Shown: one piece after another, positions 53,501 through 64,000 of the stretch | How positions within the stretch are numbered: position 1 is the first letter of the stretch | Layout of the letters: the number at the start of each line of letters is the position of its first letter | Source of the DNA: Paragordius varius | Taxonomy: Eukaryota; Animalia; Nematomorpha | Direction: 5' to 3' | Length of the DNA stretch: 64,000 nt | Assembly: GCA_964247055.1 (NCBI GenBank) | Contig: OZ176051.1 | Coordinates: forward strand, 4,650,001 to 4,714,000 | Position numbers and translations under genes: made by a program | The notes under the pieces: generated by a model | The model's database searches: none | The model's input: the letters and a program-made list of their open reading frames with translations, nothing else | Told to the model about the DNA's origin: nothing

Positions 53501-56500
53501 TATGATGGGTGAAGGAAACGGTTAATGAATAAGAAACTATGATGAGTGAATGAAACGGTTAATGAATAAGAAACTATGATGAGTGAATGAAACGGTTAAT
53601 GAATAAGAAACTATGACGGGTGAATGAAACGGTTAACGCTGAATAAGAAATAATGATGGGTGAATGAAAAGGTTAAAGGTGAATAAGAAACTATGATGGG
53701 TGAATGAAACTGTTAACGGTGAGTAAGAAACCATGATGGGTGAATGAAACGGTTAACGATGAATAAGAAACTATGATGGGTGAATGAAACGGTTAACGAT
53801 GAATAAGAAACTATGATGGGTGAATGAAACGGTTAACGATGAATAAGAAACTATGATGGGTGAAGGAAACGGTTAATGAATAAGAGACTATGATGAGTGA
53901 ATGAAACGGTTAATGAAAAAGAAACTATGATGAGTGAATGAAACGGTTAACGCTGAATAAGAAATAATGATGGGTGAATGAAACGGTTAACGGTGAATAA
54001 GAAACTATGATGGGTGAATGAAACTGTTAACGGTGAGTAAGAAACCATGATGGGTGAATGAAACGGTTAACGATGAATAAGAAACTATGATGGGTGAAGG
54101 AAACGGTTAATGAATAAGAGACTATGATGAGTGAATGAAACGGTTAATGAATAAGAAACTATGACGGGTGAATGAAACGGTTAACGCTGAATAAGAAATA
54201 ATGATGGGTGAATGAAAAGGTTAAAGGTGAATAAGAAACTATGATGGGTGAATGAAACTGTTAACGGTGAGTAAGAAACCATGATGGGTGAATGAAACGG
54301 TTAACGATGAATAAGAAACTATGATGGGTGAATGAAACGGTTAACGATGAATAAGAAACTATGATGGGTGAAGGAAACGGTTAATGAATAAGAAACTATG
54401 ATGAGTGAATGAAACGGTTAATGAATAAGAAACTATGATGAGTGAATGAAACGGTTAATGAATAAGAAACTATGACGGGTGAATGAAACGGTTAACGCTG
54501 AATAAGAAATAATGATGGGTGAATGAAACGGTTAACGGTGAATAAGAAACTATGATGGGTGAAGGAAACGGTTAATGAATAAGAGACTATGATGAGTGAA
54601 TGAAACGGTTAATGAAAAAGAAACTATGACGGGTGAATGAAACGGTTAATGAATAAGAAACTATGACGGGTGAATGAAACGGTTAACGATGAATAAGAAA
54701 CTATGATGGGTGAAGGAAACGGTTAATGAATAAGAGACTATGATGAGTGAATGAAACGGTTAATGAATAAGAAACTATGACGGGTGAATGAAACGGTTAA
54801 TGAATAAGAAACTATGACGGGTGAATGAAACGGTTAACGATGAATAAGAAACTATGATGGGTGAAGGAAACGGTTAATGAATAAGAGACTATGATGAGTG
54901 AATGAAACGGTTACTGAATAAGAAACTATGACGGGTGAATGAAACGGTTAATGAATAAGAAACTATGACGGGTGAATGAAACGGTTAACGATGAATAAGA
55001 AACTATGATGGGTGAAGGAAACGGTTAATGAATAAGAGACTATGATGAGTGAATGAAACGGTTAATGAAAAAGAAACTATGATGAGTGAATGAAACGGTT
55101 AACGCTGAATAAGAAACTATGATGGGTGAATGAAACGGTTAACGATGAATAAGAAACTATGATGGGTGAAGGAAACGGTTAATGAATAAGAGACTATGAT
55201 GAGTGAATGAAACGGTTAATGAATAAGAAACTATGACGGGTGAATGAAACGGTTAACGCTGAATAAGAAATAATGATGGGTGAATGAAAAGGTTAAAGGT
55301 GAATAAGAAACTATGATGGGTGAATGAAACTGTTAACGGTGAGTAAGAAACTATGATGGATGATAATGAAACGGTTAACGGTGAATAAGAAACTATGATG
55401 GATGATAATGAAACGGTTAAGGGTGAATAAGAAACTATGATGGGTGAATATGAAACGGTTAACGGTGGATATGAAACTATGATGGGTGAATATGAAACGG
55501 TTAACCGTGAATAAGAAATTATGATGGATGAATATGAAATAATCTAATGCTGAATACGAAACTGTGAAGGAAACGGTTAACGGTGAATACGAAACTATGA
55601 TGGGTATACAAAAAACGATTAGGGGGTAATATGACATATTACAATACATATTTTAAAATTGCAATATAAAGAATAGTCACTCAATCAGGTTCGCAGCTGA
55701 AATATAAATAAATCAGTAAGTAATAACCCATTATAGTCAGTATTACCAAATGTTAAAGTTATTGTATAAATATATGATATAATATTTTAAAATCCACATG
55801 TGTAATATAAAAATATGATAATACTTTTGTTTATGGCATTTCCAAATTTAGTCAAAATGAAACGAGTGAAAGAGCTGTTCCCATTTTTTACGATTTCCTA
55901 AATTATGGTTAGCATAAAATTTTTTTTATTGATTTAAAATAAATTAATTTAGGGTAAATTTAATTAAACAAAGACAAATTTATATATTATATATAAATAC
56001 CTTTTGTATCAGATTGGTATCTAACATATTGTTTAAAATATCTTGGACTATGCGATTGACATCTTCATCGGAGCTTATTAAAAAATATTTGTATACTATA
56101 TAAAATGTATAAAATTAAAATGCATAAAATAAAATATTATATAAAGGTTTTAATACTATCGTTTTTATGATGGATAATACGTTAAATTGTATTTGTGTTC
56201 TATAACATATTCAGCCAATGTTTTAATTATAAATTGACTCATACAAAATTATTTTTCTTTTATATCTTAGAAAAAGAATATAATTTAGCTACTTCAGAGT
56301 GCCCAATAATCGTTTTTGATGGCTATAAAAAGTACATTTTAACATTGATACCATGTCTGGGAAGGTGTTTGCAAGCTAAATAATAAATAAATTTTATCAA
56401 TAATTCATCTAACTTATTAAATTATCAATAAATAACAATCCAAAAAAAAATTCACATTTAAAAATTCTACTTGGCCATTTCATATAATATATACCTTAGT

Positions 56501-59039
56501 TTCTATGACGGATAGGAAAAGATTTTTGATATAAGTTACAAGAGAGTCTTTAGCTTTAGGGTCAAAATTCGATGTTTCAGCAATTAATAAGGCGGATGTA
56601 AGGCGAAATGAATGATGTGAATTACTATTTTCACCTATAAATTAAAAAAAAATTGAAAACTTTGTAGACACATTTTTTGCGCCAAAAATTACTTTTACCT
56701 GAAAGTAAATTATTTAGGGAGGTTTGATCAAGTGGAAATTCGCAAGAGTTTTTTGTGTTTGGAAGTGTTAAAGATGATGTGTTAGTAATATTTTTTGGAT
56801 TATTTGTAATTATTAATAGCGTTTCGGCTTTGACGTCTTCCTTTTGACTCCCAGCAAGCATATTGGGTCGGCCTGCTCGACCAATCATTTGTGTATACAT
56901 GGTTTGTGATAAGGGTATACCATTTGCAATTTTATTTGATGCGATAATTACCCTGTCATCACGGTATTCAGTAAATATTATATACCATTTACAATTCAAA
57001 TAACCCTCGAGCAATTCAAATTCACCCTCAAAAAAATTATATATTTTTTAAGATTAAAAATGATGTATATTTTAATATATTTTTAAATAAAATTTTGTTT
57101 TACATTAAAACAAAACTGAAAAAATAATAAACTATGCCATAAAGATACATTTCATAATAATAATGAGTTATATTAGTTCGCAAACACATAAATTATTTTT
57201 AGAGTGAATTTGAATTGTTCGAGGGTGAATTTGAATTGTTCATGGATAAATTAAAACTGTAAACGGTATAATATCTTAAAATTCAAAAAATAATAATTGT
57301 ATAATTTTTAACACAAAAATTTCAGATCCAAAATATCGAATCTTATGAGAAATTAAGAATCGAAGATATAAAACTTCTTACAGACACGTATTATAATTAT
57401 GTTTTGCCCAAATTTTTGTGCCTTTTTGCATTTACTATCTACTTAGTAATATTGGACCTAAATAAAAACCCCAACTTAAAAGATATTTTTATCAAACATA
57501 CCATTAAAATTGTAAAAAAATGCAATTATAAATGGATAAAAAAAATCAGAATTATCTGCCAATAATATCAGACCAGCCGTTAAAGTGGTAGTACAGCAAT
57601 AAAAAAACCCAATTTATAAGCATTTTTTTCATTATCCCAATGACCATTAAATTCGTAGGACAAATGCCAGAATAAATGGCAGAAAAAGAAAAAAATACCA
57701 AACTTGTAAACTAAATTGACACCGGCCTCAAAAGTAGTAAAACACCCGTTGAAAAAAAATTACCTTATAACCTTAATTTTTTTTTATAAAAAAGCGATTA
57801 TAAATGGGGGTGTAAAAAAGATTCAAATTATATACTAGCAAGCTAGTAAATTGACACCGGCTTACTTGATCAAAAATTTTACATCCTCAAAATACCTTAC
57901 AATATATAAAAAAGCACAATCATAGGCAGAAAAAAATGAAAAAAAAATCAAACTTGTTAGCTGGTAAATTGACACCAGCCGCCAAAGTGGTAGTACAACA
58001 AAGTATGCTTAAAACACCTTCGGAAAAGGCATCTTCAATCAACTTACGTTCTTCATAAGCAAGTCCCCCGTGATGATAAGCAATGCCCCAAGGGATACAG
58101 CGTTTAAGTATGGGGCACATATTATCGCTATTTTCTAAACCAATTGGTATTTTTTGGTATATATTTTATATACTTCATATAATGACATCGATTGTGTAAA
58201 AAAAACAGATAATTTGTTATTCATACTATGATCCTTTTTAAAACTGATTTTTTGCAATTAAATATCAATTTGTAGAAGTGGAAAAAATAAAAGATTTTGT
58301 TTTTTTATTCTTTTTGGCTCATTATGTGACGAATTAGTACAAGTATAAGTTAAAAATTAAGACCTTACTTAAAAATCGGAAAATATAACAACATCATGAG
58401 TTATACCCCTTATAAATGCTGCTTATTTGATATTTTAAAACATTTTACTGTTTAGAAATCATGTGTTAAATCTCTCCTTAATAAATAAAAAATAATTTTT
58501 TTCTTTGTAAAAAAGATTAGAAAAACTTTATCTTTGTTAAATAAAATATAATTAAATAACAATTAATAAAAGTTAACCCATATCTTCAGGATTAGTGAAT
58601 TCATTAAACTGTGCTTGGGTCAATTCACGCATAAGGAGTTTACGCCTTTCTGCCAGTATTTTTGTGTTGTCATCATTGGATATTTTATCCCCCACTTTGG
58701 TTTGCAATAATAATCGGTGATCAGGTAACATTTTTAACTCATCGTAACATCGCTTAGTTAATATATTCTTATATCTGTATTTAGCAAAAAAAAGTATTAA
58801 TATGTTACCAAACATTTCGAGGAACATTGAGAGATTATAAAAGGCAAAATGATCAGAAATCCTGAAAGTATTTTAAATAGTTAGATAATAATATGGTTGC
58901 TTGGTAAGGAAAACAAAGGCATTCGCAATATAAAAGGTATAAACATTGCAATCAATTTATTAATTTTATATTTATAAAATAAAAAACATATAGCAAACCA
59001 CGGTAAAAACAGAATGTACGTAAAAATTAAAGACACAAC

Positions 59040-59104
<65 letters not shown>

Positions 59105-61723
59105 AAATTAAACAAAAACAATTCAGAGCAGTATGAGGTTAAAATAACTCCCCACTTTTATTTCTATATAATAAAAATTTAAATATACTTGTTGGGTTTT
59201 GGACTTTTATGTATTGTTGTGTCATTAGTAAAACCATTTTCACTCGGCGGCGTATTCTTTTGATTGGTGATATTATGTTGCTGTTTTTGTTCCGAAAGAC
59301 TAGTATTCAGTTTTTTATGGGTTGTTGATCCTAGGATATTGTCCTTTTTGTAATGACTACTCAATCGACTATTAGTGTTAAGTTGATTATTATGATGTAC
59401 TACTAAGTGATGATTATTACTTTTACGCCTTTTTTGATAACTTAAACGGGCCAATATTTTAGTAGCTTTTTCATATTGTTTGACTAATGTCTCATATATG
59501 TGAACTAAATTGTTTGCCATAACTTGTGCATTATTTTTGGTTGGGCAAAATATAAGACACGAAGATATAGTAGGTATTGATCTTTTTGAACTAGTTTCAG
59601 ACGCAAAACTATTTTCATTCAAAGAATCATTCTACAAAAGTTATATTTAAAAACATGATATTAACTAAAAATTACTATTGCATTGATAAATATTATATAC
59701 CATTTACAATTCAAACTAGCCCTTAAACAATTTATATTCCCCCTTAAACAATTCAAATTCACCCTTAAATAAATCAAATGTTTTTTAATACTAAAAATTA
59801 CTTATACTTTTTTTATATTTTTAAAAAATGAAATTTTGTGTAAATTAAAATATTACTGAAAATATAAAAAACTATGCCATTATTTTTTATATTAATGATG
59901 AATTATATTAGCCCAAACACATATAATTTATTTTTTGGGTGAATTTGAATTGTACAAGGGTGAATTTGAATTGTAGATGGTATAAAAATATTTAACTTAC
60001 CAATTTCATTCTTTTCCGGTCATATACTTGAGAGGCTGTAACAAAACCGTTTTCCTGTTTTATTTGAAAACAACAAAATATAAATTATAAAATTCATAAA
60101 AAAACACCATAAATTATAATTCAAACCTTTTCGCAATCTAAATTTTCTCCAAAGCTAGTTGATGGAAGGGACAAATAAAAGAGCATGTCGGGATCAAGCG
60201 ATAACAAGGTTTTATTATAATAGGTGGGGATTGGTAAAAAATGCAATTTCTTAACTATTTTTCCAACTGAATCATGGTTATTTGAATCGGACTTTTTTTC
60301 GATTATTTCATAGATTTCTTGTCCAATCTTCACATATTCACTGTGATAAAATGGAAAAGAAATAGCATTTGCTAAATATTATGTGACTTTTAAAGTTTTT
60401 TAAAGAAACCACTTCTATTTTGTTACAAATTACCAATAAAATTTCATGAAAATTGAATAACATAGTTTTAGGCTACTTACTTTAGTTTTATTGGACGAAA
60501 ACTAGCCTCATACATGGTGGCGTCCATAAATTGAAGCAAGTCGCCACAATTAGATCGTGTGGGAAGTGTAGCACTCATGCCTACAATTCGTATTTTACGG
60601 CATTTTTGTTGTCGATTGTTGGACATTTCACAAGATTTATTGTAAAACATGATCTATATTTCGTAATTTATGCTATAATTTAATGTTTATTTATAAAAGA
60701 AATTACTTTTAAAAACATTTTATAAAAAATGAAAAAGAGGGTAGATCTTAGGTATGAATACATCCTTTTATTTTTATATTGAAATGAAAAATCTCACTAA
60801 AAATAAATTACTTTGGTTATAAAATTTTCCAAAACTGCTGATCTATGTGTACCACTTTCGTATCCTAACATATGGATTTCATCAATCACAACAACATCTA
60901 AGAGGATATAAAATAATCAAATTTGTAAAAAAATTGAACATAAATAATTAAAATCGTCTGAAACACATTTTTCCAAAATTTGTATATGTTTTAAACGGTA
61001 AAATAAAAATTAAGAATATTTTAATAAAAACCATCTAAATTCATTATGTCGGAGTTAAAATCAACTTTCTACACAATAAAATGCATGTCCGACACATTAT
61101 AGTAAACAATCTAAAGGCCTTATGTTGTAAATTATTTTAGAAAACAGTCTTTTATATCGGCATATAGATTAGCATCGGTTGTGATATACCATTAATGGGT
61201 TTTACATACAAAGTATTAAATAAAATATAGGCATATAAAACGTAATATCTACCAAGTTTAGCGAGTAAAGATCCATTGTGTTCCGTAACAAATGCGTCAA
61301 ACAAGGAATTTGCTTTTTCAAAGGTAGCAATGTAAAGAGATGCCCTTCGCCTTCGATTTTTAGGTGGAAATACTCCTTTGCCACCCGCATATTCTTCCAA
61401 GATGAAATTGAAATCATCGCTGTAAAGCGTTAATTTTTGAATCTTATTAAATATAAATAGGTACTTTTTCTTGAACGATTGCAATATATGGTAAAACAAA
61501 TAAAACATTCTTTTCTTCCAAAAGTTTTTCTAACATAATGATTTCAGCAATCAAAGTTTTCCCGCCCGACGTAGGCATGTTGCATATAAAATTGTTAGTT
61601 ATTGATTGATACAATTTTAAACAATATATTTGCCAATCTTTAATTTATGCTATTTTTACCATATAATGCAAAAATATTTTCATTTTTTTCAAGAGATTTC
61701 CGAATAATAGGGTTAATTTCCAT
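41534..61723 (-). CDS. HELQ: HELQ (Hel308/mus301) helicase, about 1057 aa; exons 61723-61660, 61637-61465, 61442-61253, 60897-60812, 60653-60481, 60340-60127, 60054-60001, 59631-59189, 58774-58578, 58134-57954, 56952-56699, 56634-56495, 56375-56293, 56073-56001, 55897-55825, 44199-44039, 42926-42825, 42760-42584, 42316-42203, 42049-41915, 41620-41534
   Basis: LYDWQ (Q motif), [47 protein letters not shown]...[38 protein letters not shown]...[10 protein letters not shown] and [14 protein letters not shown]. All 20 introns are GT-AG with matching phases. Confidence 0.93.
42974..44007. mobile_element. Non-autonomous TIR element in a HELQ intron (possible 3-bp ATG duplication, PIF/Harbinger-like ends)
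   Basis: GGGTGGGGTGATAAAAAA ... TTTTTTATCACCCCACCC termini, each flanked by ATG, with subterminal AAGTCA/TGACTT repeats; another copy lies at 63830-64000. Confidence 0.6.
44318..55605. repeat. Intronic satellite, about 11.3 kb, mainly 40- and 37-bp monomers (GAATAAGAAACTATGATGGGTGAATGAAACGGTTAACGGT and variants) with higher-order periodicity
   Basis: Roughly 280-300 tandem monomers with recurring variant order, divergent edges and one unique interruption at about 48003-48088. Confidence 0.98.
56985..57266. mobile_element. TATA-flanked MITE, copy 2 (HELQ intron)
   Basis: TATA-CCATTTAC ... GTAAACGG-TATA; homologous to 11889-12206. Confidence 0.78.
57570..57990 (-). repeat. Decayed tandem duplicates of the HELQ motif-V exon end and its donor site
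   Basis: CCAGCCG.AAAGTGGTAGTAC and TAAATTGACACC recur at about 57573, 57712 and 57845, and in the exon at about 57965. Confidence 0.6.
59045..59101. repeat. (AT)n microsatellite
   Basis: Direct reading of the sequence. Confidence 0.95.
59700..59980. mobile_element. TATA-flanked MITE, copy 3 (HELQ intron)
   Basis: TATA-CCATTTAC ... GTAGATGG-TATA; homologous to copies 1 and 2. Confidence 0.78.
61443..61464 (-). other. 22-nt spliceosomal intron (HELQ intron 2)
   Basis: GTACCTATTTATATTTAATAAG; removal joins PYIAIVQEK to IQKL...EEYAGGKG in frame. Confidence 0.92.
61638..61659 (-). other. 22-nt spliceosomal intron (HELQ intron 1)
   Basis: GTAAAAATAGCATAAATTAAAG, phase 1; removal creates the Q-motif ALY-D-WQ. 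Confidence 0.88.
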
Positions 61724-61788
61724 TTCTCAACAGGTTTTAAATTTGAAAAACCTAACCGATTTTACATTCATATGCTTTAATTTTAATA
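61724..61788. promoter_or_regulatory. Putative bidirectional promoter / overlapping 5' region between HELQ and RBX1
   Basis: Only 65 bp separate the divergent start codons; no promoter motif was identified. Confidence 0.5.
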
Positions 61789-62183
<395 letters not shown>

Positions 62184-62967
62184 CCGAAATTTACTTTCTT
62201 AATATTTAATTATTAATGTTTATTTTTTTTTATTGTTACATCTAATACATTATAATAAATAAATCTATTTTTTGTTTTGTGATAAAATGTTTTTATAAAA
62301 TATGACTAAAAGTAATATAATTAGCCCTTTAAAAAAGTCAATATTTTGTTTTAAAACATGTTCAAATTTAAAAAGTTTTAGCTATACCAAAAATTTTAAA
62401 AAGATAGCCAAATTTCTTATGTATTATAATGGTCTAATTTTAAATTGTAAAAATATTGCTCAACTCAACAGTATGTTAAAACATAGTGATGTTTTTCACA
62501 TAAAAAACATAACGTCTATATTTGGTAATGAGATCTTCATAATATTTTTAACATGTATTTGCACACTTTTATATTGATACTCAAAACTGTTGGAACCTGC
62601 ACCTTACAAACAACGAAGTCAATGGGAATATTTCATAGCTTTTTAAAGATTTAAATAAAAGATATAATTATCTAAACATCATTGGTCCATAAAAATTCAT
62701 TTTCTTAATCAGCAAAAAACTATTTACCAAGTATTATTTATTATTATGGCAATAAGTTACCATTTTTTATATAGCCTTACATTAAAATATTACGATAATT
62801 TAATTTTACGATAACGTTATCCATTATAGGATGCAAAAAAATTATTTTATTGTGTATCAAACTCATAAAAATTTATTATATTTATCTTAATTGTTATTCT
62901 TATGTATGCAACAAAAAAATAATTATTGATTCACATCAATATGTAATATAATGGCTATAGACACGTA

Positions 62968-63620
62968 TTATTCTGTAGTTTTTTTCAGCTTATTGACCGC
63001 AATCTCCTTAACCAACGAGTCCCATGTATTCTCCTCTTTGGCCGCAATTTCTTTACTATATCGTTGAGCCAATTTTATGCGTGACAATAAGGGATCATCA
63101 TGTTGAGACGTCGTAACCTGAGCTGTGCTATTATTATTGGGTACTGTTGAGTGTTCACTTATTATATCTTTGGCGGGCTGTATTTCTACTATTTTATCGT
63201 TTTCACTTATTAATTGTAGGCAAGTTAAACGATCTTTCGATGGACTTGGAGATATTAGTGTACCTCCACCTCCTGACCCAGGACCTCCTGACAATATTTG
63301 GCTTGGTAGATTGCAAGAATTATTTTTCATTAAAGTCTCAATATTTTGATTTATGCTAGTGGCAAAAGTTTGTAAATTTGGGAATTGATTTGTACATAAT
63401 TGATGTAATGGGATTAAATGGTCTTTAATGTCTGTAATAATCATGAATAAATAAATAAAAATTCACAATATTTAGGAACCTGACTATGTTTTACCTTTAT
63501 CAATGATTGTGTTTTGTTTGTAGATGTATTTTAACGCTTTATTCACATGCTTATTGTTTTCTAGCAGGACATTCAGTTTATTTTCCAAACTTTTGATTCG
63601 TTTATCTATTTCGGTTTCAC
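62968..63620 (-). CDS. 3' end of an unidentified gene with a coiled-coil segment; exons 63620-63495 and 63431-62968
   Basis: GETEIDKRIKSLENKLNVLLENNKHVNKAL...|DIKDHLIP...KKTTE*; 63-nt phase-1 GT-AG intron. Confidence 0.7.
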
Positions 63621-63829
63621 CTATAAAAATATATATAAAAGGTTTTGTACCCGATATTTAAAAAAATATTCAGTAAATAAACTTAGTTGAACACATTCAG
63701 GAGTCGGTGTTTAAATCTAAACTATTATAATTTAACATATGTACCATTGACTTTGTAAATTATTTAATACATATTGTTATGGTTGTTTTATCTTTTTGGT
63801 GACTTATTTCTCATATGTGGTTGAAAATG

Positions 63830-64000
63830 ATCAAAATAATTTCCGTAAAATTCGTATTGGTTGGCAAAAAGTTACATTTATAAGAAAAATGACCTAAGTG
63901 TTTTTTTATCACCGATCTTCAAGTGTATACTTGCTGGCGTAGGTTAACTTGTTCACCTTGTCACGCTTGACTTGGTCAATAGCGATTTTTTTAACACCTC
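63830..64000 (-). mobile_element. Partial copy of the 42974-44007 element
   Basis: Reverse complement aligns with about 42980-43145 (CCAGCAAGT.TACACTTGAAGATCGGTGAT). Confidence 0.65.

Noticed and set aside
46200-55300. Satellite 37-mer (TGATGAGTG...GAAAC) resembling the hammerhead core of the local retrozyme
   Set aside because: There is no stem II between the motifs and no C before UGAUGA in most units. The edge (older-looking) units have GATGGGTG, so the match looks coincidental.
44318-55605. The satellite as a CRISPR array
   Set aside because: There are no unique spacers, the monomers are contiguous, the context is a eukaryotic intron, and no cas genes are present.
44318-55605. Myb-type YAACGG sites in the satellite as a regulatory array
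   Set aside because: A 6-bp motif repeated by tandem amplification carries no independent evidence of binding.
55311-55649. Listed 112-aa ORF with [13 protein letters not shown] repeats
   Set aside because: It is a by-product of frame-preserving 42-bp edge monomers on the stop-poor strand, with no splice or homology support.
56266-56292. Possible seventh tiny (27-nt) intron in HELQ
   Set aside because: Using the AG at 56266 leads to a stop within about 14 codons; the acceptor at 56074 gives a phase-matched exon with HELQ-like sequence.

Overview
AT-rich (roughly 25-30% GC) eukaryotic genomic DNA from an animal, probably an invertebrate bilaterian; the species cannot be named from sequence alone. 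Spliced gene models were built by hand with frame-consistent GT-AG junctions: the 3' part of an R7-family RGS gene (+), HM13/signal peptide peptidase (-), DAD1 (-), a very large RING/B-box/coiled-coil/NHL gene of the nhl-1 type (-) with a probable alternative NHL-less last exon, SNAP-25 (-), HELQ (-, 21 exons, one intron almost filled by an 11.3-kb satellite), RBX1 (+, start codon 65 bp from that of HELQ), and the 3' end of an unidentified coiled-coil gene (-). The strongest signal is six ultra-short GT-AG introns of 22, 22, 23, 26, 26 and 26 nt. Each is required to restore a conserved reading frame and each is the first or second intron of a housekeeping gene. They sit alongside ordinary introns of 63 nt to 11.6 kb, and none of the modelled introns falls between 27 and 62 nt. 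The second signal is a non-coding repeat family carrying a minimal type I hammerhead ribozyme (three intact cores, one truncated), arranged in tandem (about 452-nt period) and inverted, like a retrozyme or Penelope-type element. The rest is a layered set of transposon remnants (RTE, hAT, TTAA-, TATA- and TA-flanked MITEs, a tRNA-derived SINE) and two degenerate 7TM-like segments.
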